From positions 3,028 through 35,027 of the forward strand of contig JAGACB010000139.1 of the NCBI GenBank assembly GCA_017614345.1: DNA of 32,000 bases, read 5' to 3'. A program made the translations under genes and the position numbers. The notes beneath the pieces were generated by a model. That model had not been told where the DNA came from and did no database searches. It worked only from the letters and a program-made list of their open reading frames with translations. The stretch comes from Lachnospiraceae bacterium. GTDB taxonomy: Bacteria; Bacillota; Clostridia; Lachnospirales; Lachnospiraceae. Below are positions 23,341 through 32,000 of the stretch, piece after piece (position 1 is the stretch's first letter; each line of letters opens with the position of its first letter).

Positions 23341-24174
23341 ATGAAGGTTGGTATTATCGGTGCCGGTACCATGGGTTCCGGAATCGCTCAGGCATTTGCC
23401 ATGACCGATGGTTTTGAGGTATGTCTTTGCGACATCAAGACCGAGTATGCAGAAGGCGGTCTTGCAAAGATCCAGAAGAACATGAATTTCCTTGTAAGCA
23501 AGGAGAAGATCACTCAGGAGAAGGCTGATGAGATCCTTTCCCGCATCACCACAGGTCTTAACGACATCTGTGCAGATTGCGATCTTGTCGTAGAAGTTGC
23601 TCTTGAGAAGATGGAGATCAAGCAGCAGATCTTTGCTCAGCTGATGCAGATCTGCAGAAAGGATTGCATCTTTGCTTCCAATACATCTTCCCTTTCCATC
23701 ACAAAGATGGGCGAGGGTCTTGACAGACCGCTCGTTGGTATGCATTTCTTTAACCCTGCAGATCGTATGAAGCTGGTTGAGGTGATCGCAGGCGAGAATA
23801 CTCCCGCTGAGCTGGTTGCTAAGATCAAGGAGATCGCGGAGCAAATCGGAAAGACACCCGTTGAAGTTAAGGAAGCTCCCGGATTCGTTGTTAACCGTAT
23901 CCTGATCCCTATGATCAACGAAGCGATCAACGTACTTGATGCAGGTACTGCTTCTGCAGAGGATATCGATACCGCTATGAAGCTCGGTGCTTCTCATCCC
24001 ATGGGACCCCTTGCACTCGGTGACCTGGTTGGTCTTGATATCTGCCTTGCCATCATGGAAGTTATCTACAATGAGACCGGCGATGCTAAGTACAAGCCCG
24101 CACCCCTCTTGGAGAAACTCGTAGCTGAGAAGAAGCTCGGAAGAAAGACCGGAGAAGGTATCTTTAAGTATTAA
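23341..24174 (+). CDS. hbd: 3-hydroxybutyryl-CoA dehydrogenase
   Basis: Starts MKVGIIGAGTMGSGIAQ (Rossmann GxGxxG). Also contains FASNTSSLSIT, GMHFFNPA, PGFVVNRILIPMINEA and MGPLALGDLVGLD. AGGAGG lies upstream. Confidence 0.95.
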   Translation: MKVGIIGAGTMGSGIAQAFAMTDGFEVCLCDIKTEYAEGGLAKIQKNMNFLVSKEKITQEKADEILSRITTGLNDICADCDLVVEVALEKMEIKQQIFAQLMQICRKDCIFASNTSSLSITKMGEGLDRPLVGMHFFNPADRMKLVEVIAGENTPAELVAKIKEIAEQIGKTPVEVKEAPGFVVNRILIPMINEAINVLDAGTASAEDIDTAMKLGASHPMGPLALGDLVGLDICLAIMEVIYNETGDAKYKPAPLLEKLVAEKKLGRKTGEGIFKY

Positions 24175-24197
24175 TATAAATGGAGGATCAATCGATC

Positions 24198-25364
24198 ATG
24201 GATTTCACGTTAAGTAAAGAACATGAGATGTGCAGAGAACTGTTCAGATCCTTTGCACAGAACGAAGTTAAGCCTCTGGCACAGGAAGTTGACGAGACAG
24301 AGAACTTCCCCAGAGAAACAGTTGAGAAGATGGGTAAGCTCGGATTCCTCGGAATCCCGATCCCGAAGGAGTACGGCGGACAGGGCGCAGACATCCTGAC
24401 CTATGTTATGTGTGTTGAGGAACTGTCCAAGGTTTGCGGTACTACAGGCGTTATCGTTTCCGCACACACCTCTCTTTGCGCTGACCCGATCCTGACTTTC
24501 GGTACAGAAGAGCAGAAGCAGAAGTATCTGCCTGATCTTGCTACAGGCCGTAAGCTCGGTGCATTCGGTCTTACCGAGCCCGGTGCAGGTACCGACGCTC
24601 AGGGACAGCAGACAAAGGCTGTTCTCGACGGTGAAGAGTGGGTACTGAACGGTTCCAAGTGCTTCATCACAAACGGTAAGGAAGCAGATGTTTATATCAT
24701 CATCGCTGTTACCGGTCTGATCGAGAAGAGAGGCAAGATGCAGAAAGAGATCTCCTCCTTCATCGTTGAAAAGGGAACTCCCGGATTCTCCTTCGGTACT
24801 AAGGAGAAGAAGATGGGTATCCGCGGTTCTTCCACCTATGAGCTGATCTTCCAGGATTGCCGTATCCCGAAGGATGCGCTTCTCGGTAAGAAGGGCGAAG
24901 GCTTCAAGATCGCTATGCACACCCTTGACGGCGGCCGTATCGGTATCGCTGCTCAGGCACTCGGCTTAGCAGAGGGCGCTCTTGAGAATACCATCAGCTA
25001 CACCCAGGAAAGAAAGCAGTTTGGTCGTTCCATTTCTGCATTCCAGAATACACAGTTCCAGCTTGCCGATATGGCAACCAAGGCTGAGGCAGCTAAGCTT
25101 CTTGTTTACAAGGCTGCTAAGACCAAGGATCAGTATCAGCTTGACCACAAGACCTCTTACAGTGTAGAAGCTGCTATGGCTAAGCTTTACGCTGCAGAAG
25201 CTGCTATGGAGATCACAACCAAGGCAGTTCAGCTGCACGGCGGCTACGGCTACACCAGAGAGTATGATGTAGAGCGTATGATGCGTGATGCAAAGATCAC
25301 TGAGATCTATGAAGGAACCAGTGAAGTTCAGAGAATGGTAATTTCTGCCAATATTCTGAAATAA
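24198..25364 (+). CDS. bcd: Butyryl-CoA dehydrogenase (short-chain acyl-CoA dehydrogenase, Bcd)
   Basis: Starts MDFTLSKEHEM at 24198, with GGAGGA at 24182-24187 (the track start at 24180 lies within the RBS). Acyl-CoA dehydrogenase motifs are present: GAFGLTEPGAGTDA, FITNG, QLHGGYGYTREYDVERMMRDAKITEIYEGTSEVQR. Confidence 0.95.
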   Translation: MDFTLSKEHEMCRELFRSFAQNEVKPLAQEVDETENFPRETVEKMGKLGFLGIPIPKEYGGQGADILTYVMCVEELSKVCGTTGVIVSAHTSLCADPILTFGTEEQKQKYLPDLATGRKLGAFGLTEPGAGTDAQGQQTKAVLDGEEWVLNGSKCFITNGKEADVYIIIAVTGLIEKRGKMQKEISSFIVEKGTPGFSFGTKEKKMGIRGSSTYELIFQDCRIPKDALLGKKGEGFKIAMHTLDGGRIGIAAQALGLAEGALENTISYTQERKQFGRSISAFQNTQFQLADMATKAEAAKLLVYKAAKTKDQYQLDHKTSYSVEAAMAKLYAAEAAMEITTKAVQLHGGYGYTREYDVERMMRDAKITEIYEGTSEVQRMVISANILK

Positions 25365-25383
25365 TGAAAGGAGCGAATAAACA

Positions 25384-26175
25384 GTGAAGATCATAGTATG
25401 TATTAAGCAGGTTCCCGATACAAAGGGCGGTGTGAAGTTCAATCCCGACGGTACCTTAAATCGTGCAGCCATGCTTACGATCATGAACCCGGATGACAAG
25501 GCCGGTTTGGAAGCAGCACTCAGATTAAAGGATCAGTACGGCGCAGAAGTAACCGTACTTACCATGGGTCTTCCCAAGGCTACCGATGTACTTCTTGAAG
25601 CAATTGCAATGGGCGCAGACAAGGGCGTTCTGGTTACCGACCGTGTACTCGGCGGTGCTGATACCTGGGCTACCTCCACAACAATTGCAGGCGCAATCAG
25701 AAACATGGAATATGACCTGATCATTACAGGTCGTCAGGCGATCGACGGTGATACCGCTCAGGTTGGTCCTCAGATCTCCGAGCATCTGGGCATTCCGGTA
25801 ATCTCCTATGCACAGAAGATCGAAGTAGAAGGCGATTCCGTGATCGTTGAGCGTCAGTACGATGACAGATATCATGTGGTTAAGGCTCAGATGCCTTGCC
25901 TGATCACAGCTCTCGGCGAGCTGAATGCTCCCAGATATATGACTCCCGGCGGAATCTTCAATGCCGTTAAGAATCAGGCTGACCTGATCACTGTTTGGGG
26001 ACGTGCAGACCTTAAGGATGTTGATGACAATGACCTGGGTCTGAAGGGTTCTCCCACACAGATCGCAAAGGCTTCTGATAAGGTTCGTAAGGGTGCCGGT
26101 GAGAAGGTTACTCTCGATCCCGCAGAGTCCGTTGACTATATCATTGGTAAGCTGAAAGAAAAGCATGTAATCTAA
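25384..26175 (+). CDS. etfB: Electron transfer flavoprotein, beta subunit
   Basis: GTG start giving MKIIVCIKQVPDT, the typical EtfB N-terminus, with AGGAG 9 nt upstream. Also contains DLIITGRQAIDGDTAQVGPQISEHLGIP. Confidence 0.93.
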   Translation: MKIIVCIKQVPDTKGGVKFNPDGTLNRAAMLTIMNPDDKAGLEAALRLKDQYGAEVTVLTMGLPKATDVLLEAIAMGADKGVLVTDRVLGGADTWATSTTIAGAIRNMEYDLIITGRQAIDGDTAQVGPQISEHLGIPVISYAQKIEVEGDSVIVERQYDDRYHVVKAQMPCLITALGELNAPRYMTPGGIFNAVKNQADLITVWGRADLKDVDDNDLGLKGSPTQIAKASDKVRKGAGEKVTLDPAESVDYIIGKLKEKHVI

Positions 26176-26201
26176 TCGTAAAGGAAAAGTGGTGAATAAA
26201 A

Positions 26202-27266
26202 ATGGCAAAAATGACAATCGAAGAGATGGAAAGCTACAAGGGCGTTTATGTCTTTGCTCAGCAGGTAGACAATAAAGTCAGCTCGATCGCTTTCGAATTG
26301 ATCGGTAAGGGCAAGGATCTTGCCGCTGACCTTGGAACAGATGTAACTGCAGTTCTGATCGGCTCCGATGTTAAGGGCCTTGCTGATGAGCTTGCAGAGT
26401 ACGGCGCTGACAGAGTGATCGTAGTTGACGATCCTGAATTAAAGGAATACAGAACAGAGCCTTATACTCATGCCCTGGCTTCCGTGATCAATGAATTCAA
26501 GCCTGAGATCATGCTGATCGGTGCAACAGCCATCGGCCGTGACTTAGGTCCCCGTGTATCCGCAAGAGTAAAGACCGGTCTGACTGCAGACTGTACTTCT
26601 CTTGACATCGGTGATTTCCCCATTGCTCCCATCCCCGGAAAGGAGCAGAAGCACAATCAGCTTCTCATGACACGTCCTGCATTCGGCGGCAACACCATTG
26701 CTACCATTGCATGCCCTGACAACCGTCCTCAGATGGCAACCGTTCGTCCCGGCGTTATGCAGAAGAAGGCTCGTGTAGCCGGTGCTAAGGCAGAGGTTGT
26801 TGAATTCAATCCCGGATTCACACCCAACAATATGTACGTTGAGATCCTGAAGGTAGTTAAGGCTGTTTCCGATACCGTTGATATCATGGATGCAAAGATC
26901 CTGGTATCCGGCGGCCGTGGTGTAGGCAGCGCTGAGAACTTCAAGATCCTTGAAGACCTTGCTGCAGTTATCGGCGGAACCGTTTCCTGTTCCCGTGCCG
27001 TTGTAGATTCCGGCTGGAAGCCCAAGGATCTGCAGGTAGGACAGACCGGTAAGACCGTTCGTCCTCATGTATACTTCGCAATCGGTATCTCCGGTGCCAT
27101 CCAGCATCTGGCAGGTATGGAAGAGTCCGATATCATCATTGCGATCAACAAGGATGAGACAGCTCCCATCTTCGACGTAGCTGATTACGGTATCGTAGGC
27201 GACCTGAACAAGATCGTTCCTGCTCTGACCGAGGCTTTGAAGGCTGAGCTTGCAGCTAACGCATGA
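26202..27266 (+). CDS. etfA: Electron transfer flavoprotein, alpha subunit
   Basis: 354 aa. The FAD-binding C-terminal motifs are present: ILVSGGRGVGS, GQTGKTVRPHVYFAIGISGAIQHLAGM, IIAINKDETAPIF, ADYGIVGDL. Confidence 0.93.
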   Translation: MAKMTIEEMESYKGVYVFAQQVDNKVSSIAFELIGKGKDLAADLGTDVTAVLIGSDVKGLADELAEYGADRVIVVDDPELKEYRTEPYTHALASVINEFKPEIMLIGATAIGRDLGPRVSARVKTGLTADCTSLDIGDFPIAPIPGKEQKHNQLLMTRPAFGGNTIATIACPDNRPQMATVRPGVMQKKARVAGAKAEVVEFNPGFTPNNMYVEILKVVKAVSDTVDIMDAKILVSGGRGVGSAENFKILEDLAAVIGGTVSCSRAVVDSGWKPKDLQVGQTGKTVRPHVYFAIGISGAIQHLAGMEESDIIIAINKDETAPIFDVADYGIVGDLNKIVPALTEALKAELAANA

Positions 27267-27298
27267 TCCATCACAGTATTGTGAATATGTAATGATCC

Positions 27299-27337
27299 GG
27301 CAGGAGTGCACGTTATGTGTACTCCTGCCTTTTTCTT
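27299..27337 (+). terminator. Rho-independent terminator ending the butyryl-CoA operon
   Basis: A 13-bp stem ggcaggagtgcac / gtgtactcctgcc (one G-U pair) has a 5-nt loop and is followed by tttttcttt. Confidence 0.85.
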
Positions 27338-27439
27338 TATGACGCTGCGTTCCCGCACTTGAAAAATACAGGGAAATGTGATAGAAAAATAATGAATAAA
27401 ATCATATCCTGAGGAACAACAGGAATATAAGGAAATAAT

Positions 27440-29638
27440 ATGCTAGGTAAATTATATCTGTTTTTATGTTTATATCTCGGAGGCGTTCTGGTGGAACTGT
27501 TTCTGCCGAGTCTCACGAAGAATCTTGACCGGACCTTTGACGGACGAAAGCTGAAGACCCCCATCCCTTCTTTTTTGGTCCTGCTTCCCGCGTGCTTTTC
27601 CGTAGGAGCGGTGGTCTCCGGCTGGGGAACTTATCTGCTGGGTTATCTGTTCCGTGCGGATTCAGAGCCCCTAAAGAAGGCCAATGCCATCTGGATGATC
27701 GGCTGTACCCTGTTCTGTTTTCTCATGAGCTTATATCTTCATAATCGTAAGGAAAAGAGAAGAGTGAAAGCCATTGAGGAAGCAACGATCGCAAAAAGAA
27801 TGGAGAGTGACATTGTAACAGAACACGACACGAATGCTGAGAATGACGGCGCTCTGATCAGTCCCGTTGACAAAACAAAAGGTATGTCGGTACCGGAAGA
27901 ACTGAATACGGCAGAAAACAAGACGGATGGAAGGACTACGGCCCAGATCATTCTGTCGGATGTCCTTCGTACGTTTCTGGACTTTTTGAAACCCGTGGAT
28001 CTGATTTATTTCTTTCTGGTCACCCTGCTTGTAGGTGCCCTGATGATCGCAACCTGCCATATGAAGGACGGCATTCTGAAGGTGGGTTTTACCGTGTATT
28101 CGGATTTTGCACCTCACCTTGCCATGATCCGGTCCTTCTCCTTCAGCAATAACTTTCCTACGGTGTATTCCCATTTCGGCGGTCAGGATATCAGGTATCA
28201 TTTCCTGTTCCAGTTTCTGGCGGGGAATCTGGAGTATCTGGGTCTTCGGATCGACCATGCCTTTAATTCCATCAGTATCATTTCCCTGATCGGAGAGTAT
28301 CTTCTGCTGTATGTGCTGGCGGTGAAGCTGACCGGAAGCCGGTTTGCAGCCTTTCTTTCCGGCATTTTCATGAGCCTTCGGAGCTCCTTTGCCATCTTTG
28401 AATTTCTGGCGACTCTGCCTAAGGGAGCGAATACCATTCAGACACTTCGTGATCACATGGATTATGTCGGGTTTACGGAGCATGAAGACTGGGGGCTCTG
28501 GAACCTGAACGTTTATGTGAACCAGCGTCATCTGGCCATCGGCATCTGCCTGCTGTTGATCGCAGTCCTGGCGCTTTCCGGCAGGCTGTTTTCCTCAGAC
28601 GGTCCGAAATCGGTACTGAAGAAGGTTGGATGGTTCAGCGGTAATCTGAAGGAGGCGATCCTTCTGGGGATCATTCTGGGCCTTGGCAGCTTCTTTAACG
28701 GAGCCTGTGTGATCGCAGCCCTTCTGGTCCTCTTTGTGATCGCTCTGTTTTCCGATCACAGGCTTGATTTTCTGATCGTAGCCGTGATCACCGTTGTCCT
28801 GACGAAGCTGGAGTCCATGCTCTTTATGACGGAAAGTCCCATGAGCTTTGAGTACTGGTACGGCTTCCTGGCGGAAAATAAGACCTTCTTCGGAGCACTG
28901 GTCTATGTGATCCGGATGATGGGTGTCCTTCCCTTTGTTCTTGCTGCGGCCTTTGTGATGCAGAAATGGAAGCACAGGGTCATGATCGCAGCTTTTTCCC
29001 TTCCCATTGTCTTTGCCTTTACCGTGAAAATGTCCGTTGAGATCACGGCCAATCACAAATATATCTTTATCGCCATGGCCCTGTTATCCGTCTATTCGGC
29101 GTATGTGATCGAGAAGATCGTGAAGTCCAAGGATGTCATCAGGATCTCGGCGGGAGTGGTGCTCAGCGTATTTCTGACGGCTACGGGAGTCTACGATCTG
29201 TATCAGGTATTCCACAAGAACTCGGATAAGAAGGGGTATGTGGCTGTCTATGACATGGATGACCCCATGATCGAATGGGTTCATGAAAATGCCACCTATC
29301 AGGATCTGTTCCTTTCCTACTGGCACACCACCAATGCAGTGACCCTGGGCGGCGGTTGTATGTATCTGGGATGGCCCTATTTTGCCTGGTCTGCCGGATA
29401 CGATACCTATTACCGGCGTGATCAGATGATCTTCATGTACGGGGCCGAAACACCGGAAGAGCTGATGGAGCTCACTGCCAGGAACAATATCCGTTTCATC
29501 CTGGTGGATCCGAATATCCGGGCGGATGAGGAGGTTACGGTCAATGAGGAAAATATCAAGAATACATTTACCTGTGTTTATAACCATCCATACTATAATG
29601 CACAGATCTATGATACCTCAAAACCTGTGGTGAAATGA
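27440..29638 (+). CDS. Large polytopic integral membrane protein (more than 12 predicted TM helices), possibly a GT-C-fold glycosyltransferase-like protein
   Basis: 732-aa ORF that is hydrophobic throughout. A first-loop-like motif reads FTVYSDFAPHLAMIRSFSFSNNFPTVYSHFGGQDIRYHFLFQF, which is reminiscent of the acidic-loop region of ArnT/PMT/STT3-type enzymes. The function is inferred from architecture only. Confidence 0.65.
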   Translation: MLGKLYLFLCLYLGGVLVELFLPSLTKNLDRTFDGRKLKTPIPSFLVLLPACFSVGAVVSGWGTYLLGYLFRADSEPLKKANAIWMIGCTLFCFLMSLYLHNRKEKRRVKAIEEATIAKRMESDIVTEHDTNAENDGALISPVDKTKGMSVPEELNTAENKTDGRTTAQIILSDVLRTFLDFLKPVDLIYFFLVTLLVGALMIATCHMKDGILKVGFTVYSDFAPHLAMIRSFSFSNNFPTVYSHFGGQDIRYHFLFQFLAGNLEYLGLRIDHAFNSISIISLIGEYLLLYVLAVKLTGSRFAAFLSGIFMSLRSSFAIFEFLATLPKGANTIQTLRDHMDYVGFTEHEDWGLWNLNVYVNQRHLAIGICLLLIAVLALSGRLFSSDGPKSVLKKVGWFSGNLKEAILLGIILGLGSFFNGACVIAALLVLFVIALFSDHRLDFLIVAVITVVLTKLESMLFMTESPMSFEYWYGFLAENKTFFGALVYVIRMMGVLPFVLAAAFVMQKWKHRVMIAAFSLPIVFAFTVKMSVEITANHKYIFIAMALLSVYSAYVIEKIVKSKDVIRISAGVVLSVFLTATGVYDLYQVFHKNSDKKGYVAVYDMDDPMIEWVHENATYQDLFLSYWHTTNAVTLGGGCMYLGWPYFAWSAGYDTYYRRDQMIFMYGAETPEELMELTARNNIRFILVDPNIRADEEVTVNEENIKNTFTCVYNHPYYNAQIYDTSKPVVK

Positions 29639-29682
29639 AAAAATCCCTGCGGACACAGTAGCTTCCGCAGGGATGATTTTTT
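29637..29682. terminator. Bidirectional Rho-independent terminator between convergent genes
   Basis: An 11-bp stem atccctgcgga / tccgcagggat has a 10-nt loop and is flanked by aaaaaa upstream and tttttt downstream. Confidence 0.85.
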
Positions 29683-29701
29683 AATTGGGATTGTAAGGCG
29701 A

Positions 29702-31021
29702 TCAGATGGCAACCGTTACGAAGATATCGTAGATCGCTTTGATGGCGGTTTCGAAATCGCTGTTGGAAACGCCGATGATGATGTTGAGCTCGGAGGAACC
29801 CTGGTCGATCATCTTAACGTTGATCTTCTGATGAGCAAGAGCGGAGAAGATACGTCCTGCAGTTCCGCGGGTGGACTTCATACCGCGGCCTACAACAGCG
29901 ATCAGTGCCAGGTCTGACTCAAGGTAGATCAGGTCGGGATCTGTCATGCGGTGGATACCTGCGATCACTTCCTGTTCCTTCTCAACGAATTCATCCTGAT
30001 GAACCAGAACGGTAAGGGTATCGATACCGGAGGGCATATGCTCGAAGGAGATGCCGTTCATTTCAAAGACCTGAAGCACACGACGGCCGAAACCGATCTC
30101 GGAGTTCATCATGGCCTTCTCTACGTTGATGGAGCAGAAGCCCTTGCGGCCTGCAATACCGGTAATGGTATATTTGGGAGCGCGGCAGGTGCTTTCCACG
30201 ATCAGTGTACCCGGATCCTCGGGATGATTGGTGTTGCGGATATTGATGGGGATACCGGCCTTGCGAACGGGGAAGATGGCATCCTCATGCAGAACGGAAG
30301 CGCCCATGTAAGCCAGCTCGCGAAGCTCGCGGTAGGTGATGGTCTCGATCACAGCCGGATGATCAATGATCCGGGGATCTGCTACCAAAAAGCCGGATAC
30401 ATCGGTCCAGTTCTCGTAAACGCTTGCATTAATAGCTCTGGCTACGATGGAACCGGTGATGTCGCTGCCGCCTCTGGAAAATGTCTTCACGGTGCCGTCA
30501 GGCATGGAGCCGTAGAAACCGGGGATCACGGCATTTTCCTTATTCTCAAGTACCTTTGCAAGTACGTCATTGGTCTTTTCGGAATCAAATTCGCCGTTTT
30601 CCTTGAAAAAGATCACCTCAGCGGCATCGATGAACTCAAAGCCCAGGTATGCAGCCATGATCTTGCCGTTTAAGAATTCTCCGCGGGACGCGGCATAATC
30701 GCTCCCTGCGATGGAATGGAACTGGTCCTCGATGATCTTGAAATCCTCATCGAGAGAAAGAGAGAGGCCCAGGCCTTCAATGATCTCGGTGTAACGAGCC
30801 TTGATATCTGCAAGAGCTTTGGCGAAGTTCTGATCTGCCTCAGCCAGCTCATAGCAGTGATAGAGCATATCAGTAACCTTTGTGTCCTTGGAAAATCTCT
30901 TTCCCGGAGCAGAGGGTACTACAAAACGGCGGCTTTCGTCCGCACGAATGATATTGCCGACTTTCTTGAACTGCTCGGCAGATGCAAGAGAGCTACCGCC
31001 GAATTTGACTACTTTTTTCAT
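29702..31021 (-). CDS. Aspartate kinase
   Basis: 439 aa, with AAGGAGGA upstream on the minus strand. Starts MKKVVKFGGSSLASAEQFKKV (the KFGG kinase motif). Also contains VVPSAPG and FSRGGSDITGSIVA. The C-terminal ACT-like region reads IAVVGRGMKSTRGTAGRIFSALAHQKINVKMIDQGSSELNIIIGV. Confidence 0.93.
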   Translation of the reverse strand: MKKVVKFGGSSLASAEQFKKVGNIIRADESRRFVVPSAPGKRFSKDTKVTDMLYHCYELAEADQNFAKALADIKARYTEIIEGLGLSLSLDEDFKIIEDQFHSIAGSDYAASRGEFLNGKIMAAYLGFEFIDAAEVIFFKENGEFDSEKTNDVLAKVLENKENAVIPGFYGSMPDGTVKTFSRGGSDITGSIVARAINASVYENWTDVSGFLVADPRIIDHPAVIETITYRELRELAYMGASVLHEDAIFPVRKAGIPINIRNTNHPEDPGTLIVESTCRAPKYTITGIAGRKGFCSINVEKAMMNSEIGFGRRVLQVFEMNGISFEHMPSGIDTLTVLVHQDEFVEKEQEVIAGIHRMTDPDLIYLESDLALIAVVGRGMKSTRGTAGRIFSALAHQKINVKMIDQGSSELNIIIGVSNSDFETAIKAIYDIFVTVAI

Positions 31022-31208
31022 GGATCATCCTCCTTAAAGGATCATATTGCGTTTTAACTATACCTATAATAAAATACATGATTTTTCACGAATTGCAAGT
31101 ATTTTTTTTACTTTTAAGGAAAAAACGGCTTGTTTTATCTTTGAAAAAAGGGCCGGAAAGTCCTTATATGCTTATATTCGGCGGGTTTTTGACGGATGAG
31201 ATTTTTTC

Positions 31209-31237
31209 TTGACCATTTCCCCTGAAAGTGCTATTCT
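31209..31237 (+). promoter_or_regulatory. Candidate sigma-70 promoter for ptb
   Basis: TTGACC (31209-31214), a 17-nt spacer and TATTCT (31232-31237) preceded by TGc, about 65 nt upstream of the ATG at 31302. Confidence 0.5.
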
Positions 31238-31301
31238 AGAAACGGCGTGTCCGGCGGGAAAGACCCGCGGATGAAGAAACACAAAAGGAGAAGAAGTTAC
31301 T

Positions 31302-32000
31302 ATGAGCAAGAGTTTTAAAGAGATCATCTCTAAGGTAGCAGAGTGCGACGTAAAGACCGTTGCTGTTGCCATTGCAGAGGATGAGAACGTTCTGGAAGCT
31401 GTTAAGGCTGCTAAGGAGCAGAATATCGCCAATGCCATTCTGGTTGGAAATGAAGCTGAGATCCGTGCGATCGCAGACAAGATCGGAATGGACCTGAGCC
31501 AGTTTGAGATCATCAACGAGCCCGACCATGCGGTTGCTCCTCTGACTGCAGTAGGCCTTGTACATGACGGAAAGGCTGATATGTACATGAAGGGTCTGGC
31601 AGATACCAAGTCCTTCTTAAAGAGCGTTCTGGACAAGGAGAGAGGTCTTCGTACCGGAAAACTCCTTTCTCATGTAGCTGTTTTTGATATTCCCGGACAT
31701 GACGGCCTTTGCTTCCTGACGGATGTGGCTTTCAACACCTATCCTACCATCGAGCAGAAGGTTGAGATCATCGAGAATGCCGTTGGGGTTGCAAATGCCT
31801 GCGGTATCGAGAATCCGAAGATCGCACCTCTGGCCGCTGTTGAGGTAGTAAACCCCAAGATGCCCGAGACCGTTGACGCTGCAGAGCTCACCAAGATGAA
31901 TGAAGAAGGCAAGATCACCGGCTGTGTGATCGACGGACCTCTTTCCTTCGACCTTGCATATGATGCAGAAGCAGCAGTACACAAGAACGCAACCGGAAGA
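31302..32000 (+). CDS. ptb: Phosphate butyryltransferase (phosphate acyltransferase family); 5' part only, continues past window end
   Basis: ATG at 31302 with AAAGGAG at 31284-31290. The frame is open to position 32000, so it is not in the ORF track. Translation reads MSKSFKEIISKVAECDVKTVAVAIAEDENVLEAVKAAKEQNIANAILVGNEAEIRAIADKIGMDL...MYMKG...SHVAVFDIPG...DVAFNTYP...GPLSFDLA, a typical Ptb/Pta-type layout. The butyrate pathway context favours ptb. Confidence 0.85.
   Translation, partial: MSKSFKEIISKVAECDVKTVAVAIAEDENVLEAVKAAKEQNIANAILVGNEAEIRAIADKIGMDLSQFEIINEPDHAVAPLTAVGLVHDGKADMYMKGLADTKSFLKSVLDKERGLRTGKLLSHVAVFDIPGHDGLCFLTDVAFNTYPTIEQKVEIIENAVGVANACGIENPKIAPLAAVEVVNPKMPETVDAAELTKMNEEGKITGCVIDGPLSFDLAYDAEAAVHKNATGR

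Noticed and set aside
21298-27311. A series of long minus-strand ORFs (343, 124, 227, 236, 177, 230 and 255 aa) across the thl-crt-hbd-bcd-etf operon
   Set aside because: All of them are antisense to genes with unambiguous enzyme motifs. Their translations are compositionally aberrant, and none has a credible RBS or start context. Similar shadow ORFs at 18229-18915, 27731-28531, 28595-29587 and 29951-30673 are rejected for the same reason.
31022-31200. Possible lysine (L-box) riboswitch upstream of aspartate kinase on the minus strand
   Set aside because: The upstream region is short and AT-rich, with promoter-like hexamers close to the RBS. None of the conserved GC-rich L-box helices or motifs is visible, and there is no leader terminator.

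Overview
This looks like a chromosomal segment from a moderate-GC, butyrate-producing Clostridia (Lachnospiraceae-like) genome. I found no rRNA, CRISPR array, transposase, integrase or phage genes. I support 26 genes, and two of them run off the window edges, so they are missing from the supplied ORF track. In order they are: a TPR-repeat protein (minus strand, partial); a stand-alone tRNA-Gly(CCC) with its own promoter and terminator; a DUF21-CBS-CorC/HlyC transporter; a YebC/PmpR-family protein; a membrane-anchored clostripain-like (C11) peptidase with a 42-bp tandem repeat in its N-terminal tail; a secreted CAP/SCP-domain protein with Pro/Thr linkers; a YcxB-like membrane protein; a tightly coupled six-gene ABC export module; a small acidic ORF; a MetRS-like class I aminoacyl-tRNA-synthetase homologue followed by a Cys-rich internally duplicated protein; desulfoferrodoxin; the complete butyryl-CoA operon thl-crt-hbd-bcd-etfB-etfA; a 732-aa polytopic membrane protein; aspartate kinase (minus strand); and the start of phosphate butyryltransferase (ptb, partial). 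Three items seem most worth following up. (1) The ABC module is fully asymmetric: three tandem paralogous lipoprotein adaptors, a 944-aa fused double-FtsX permease and two different ATPases. (2) The second ATPase carries a C-terminal AbrB/SpoVT-like domain. (3) The MetRS-like protein keeps its HIGH motif but has KASSS where KMSKS should be, and it is co-transcribed with a putative double zinc-site protein. A 27-bp perfect palindrome within a cluster of TCGA-core repeats lies upstream of the superoxide reductase gene. All calls come from reading the sequence and recalling family motifs. No database searches were run.
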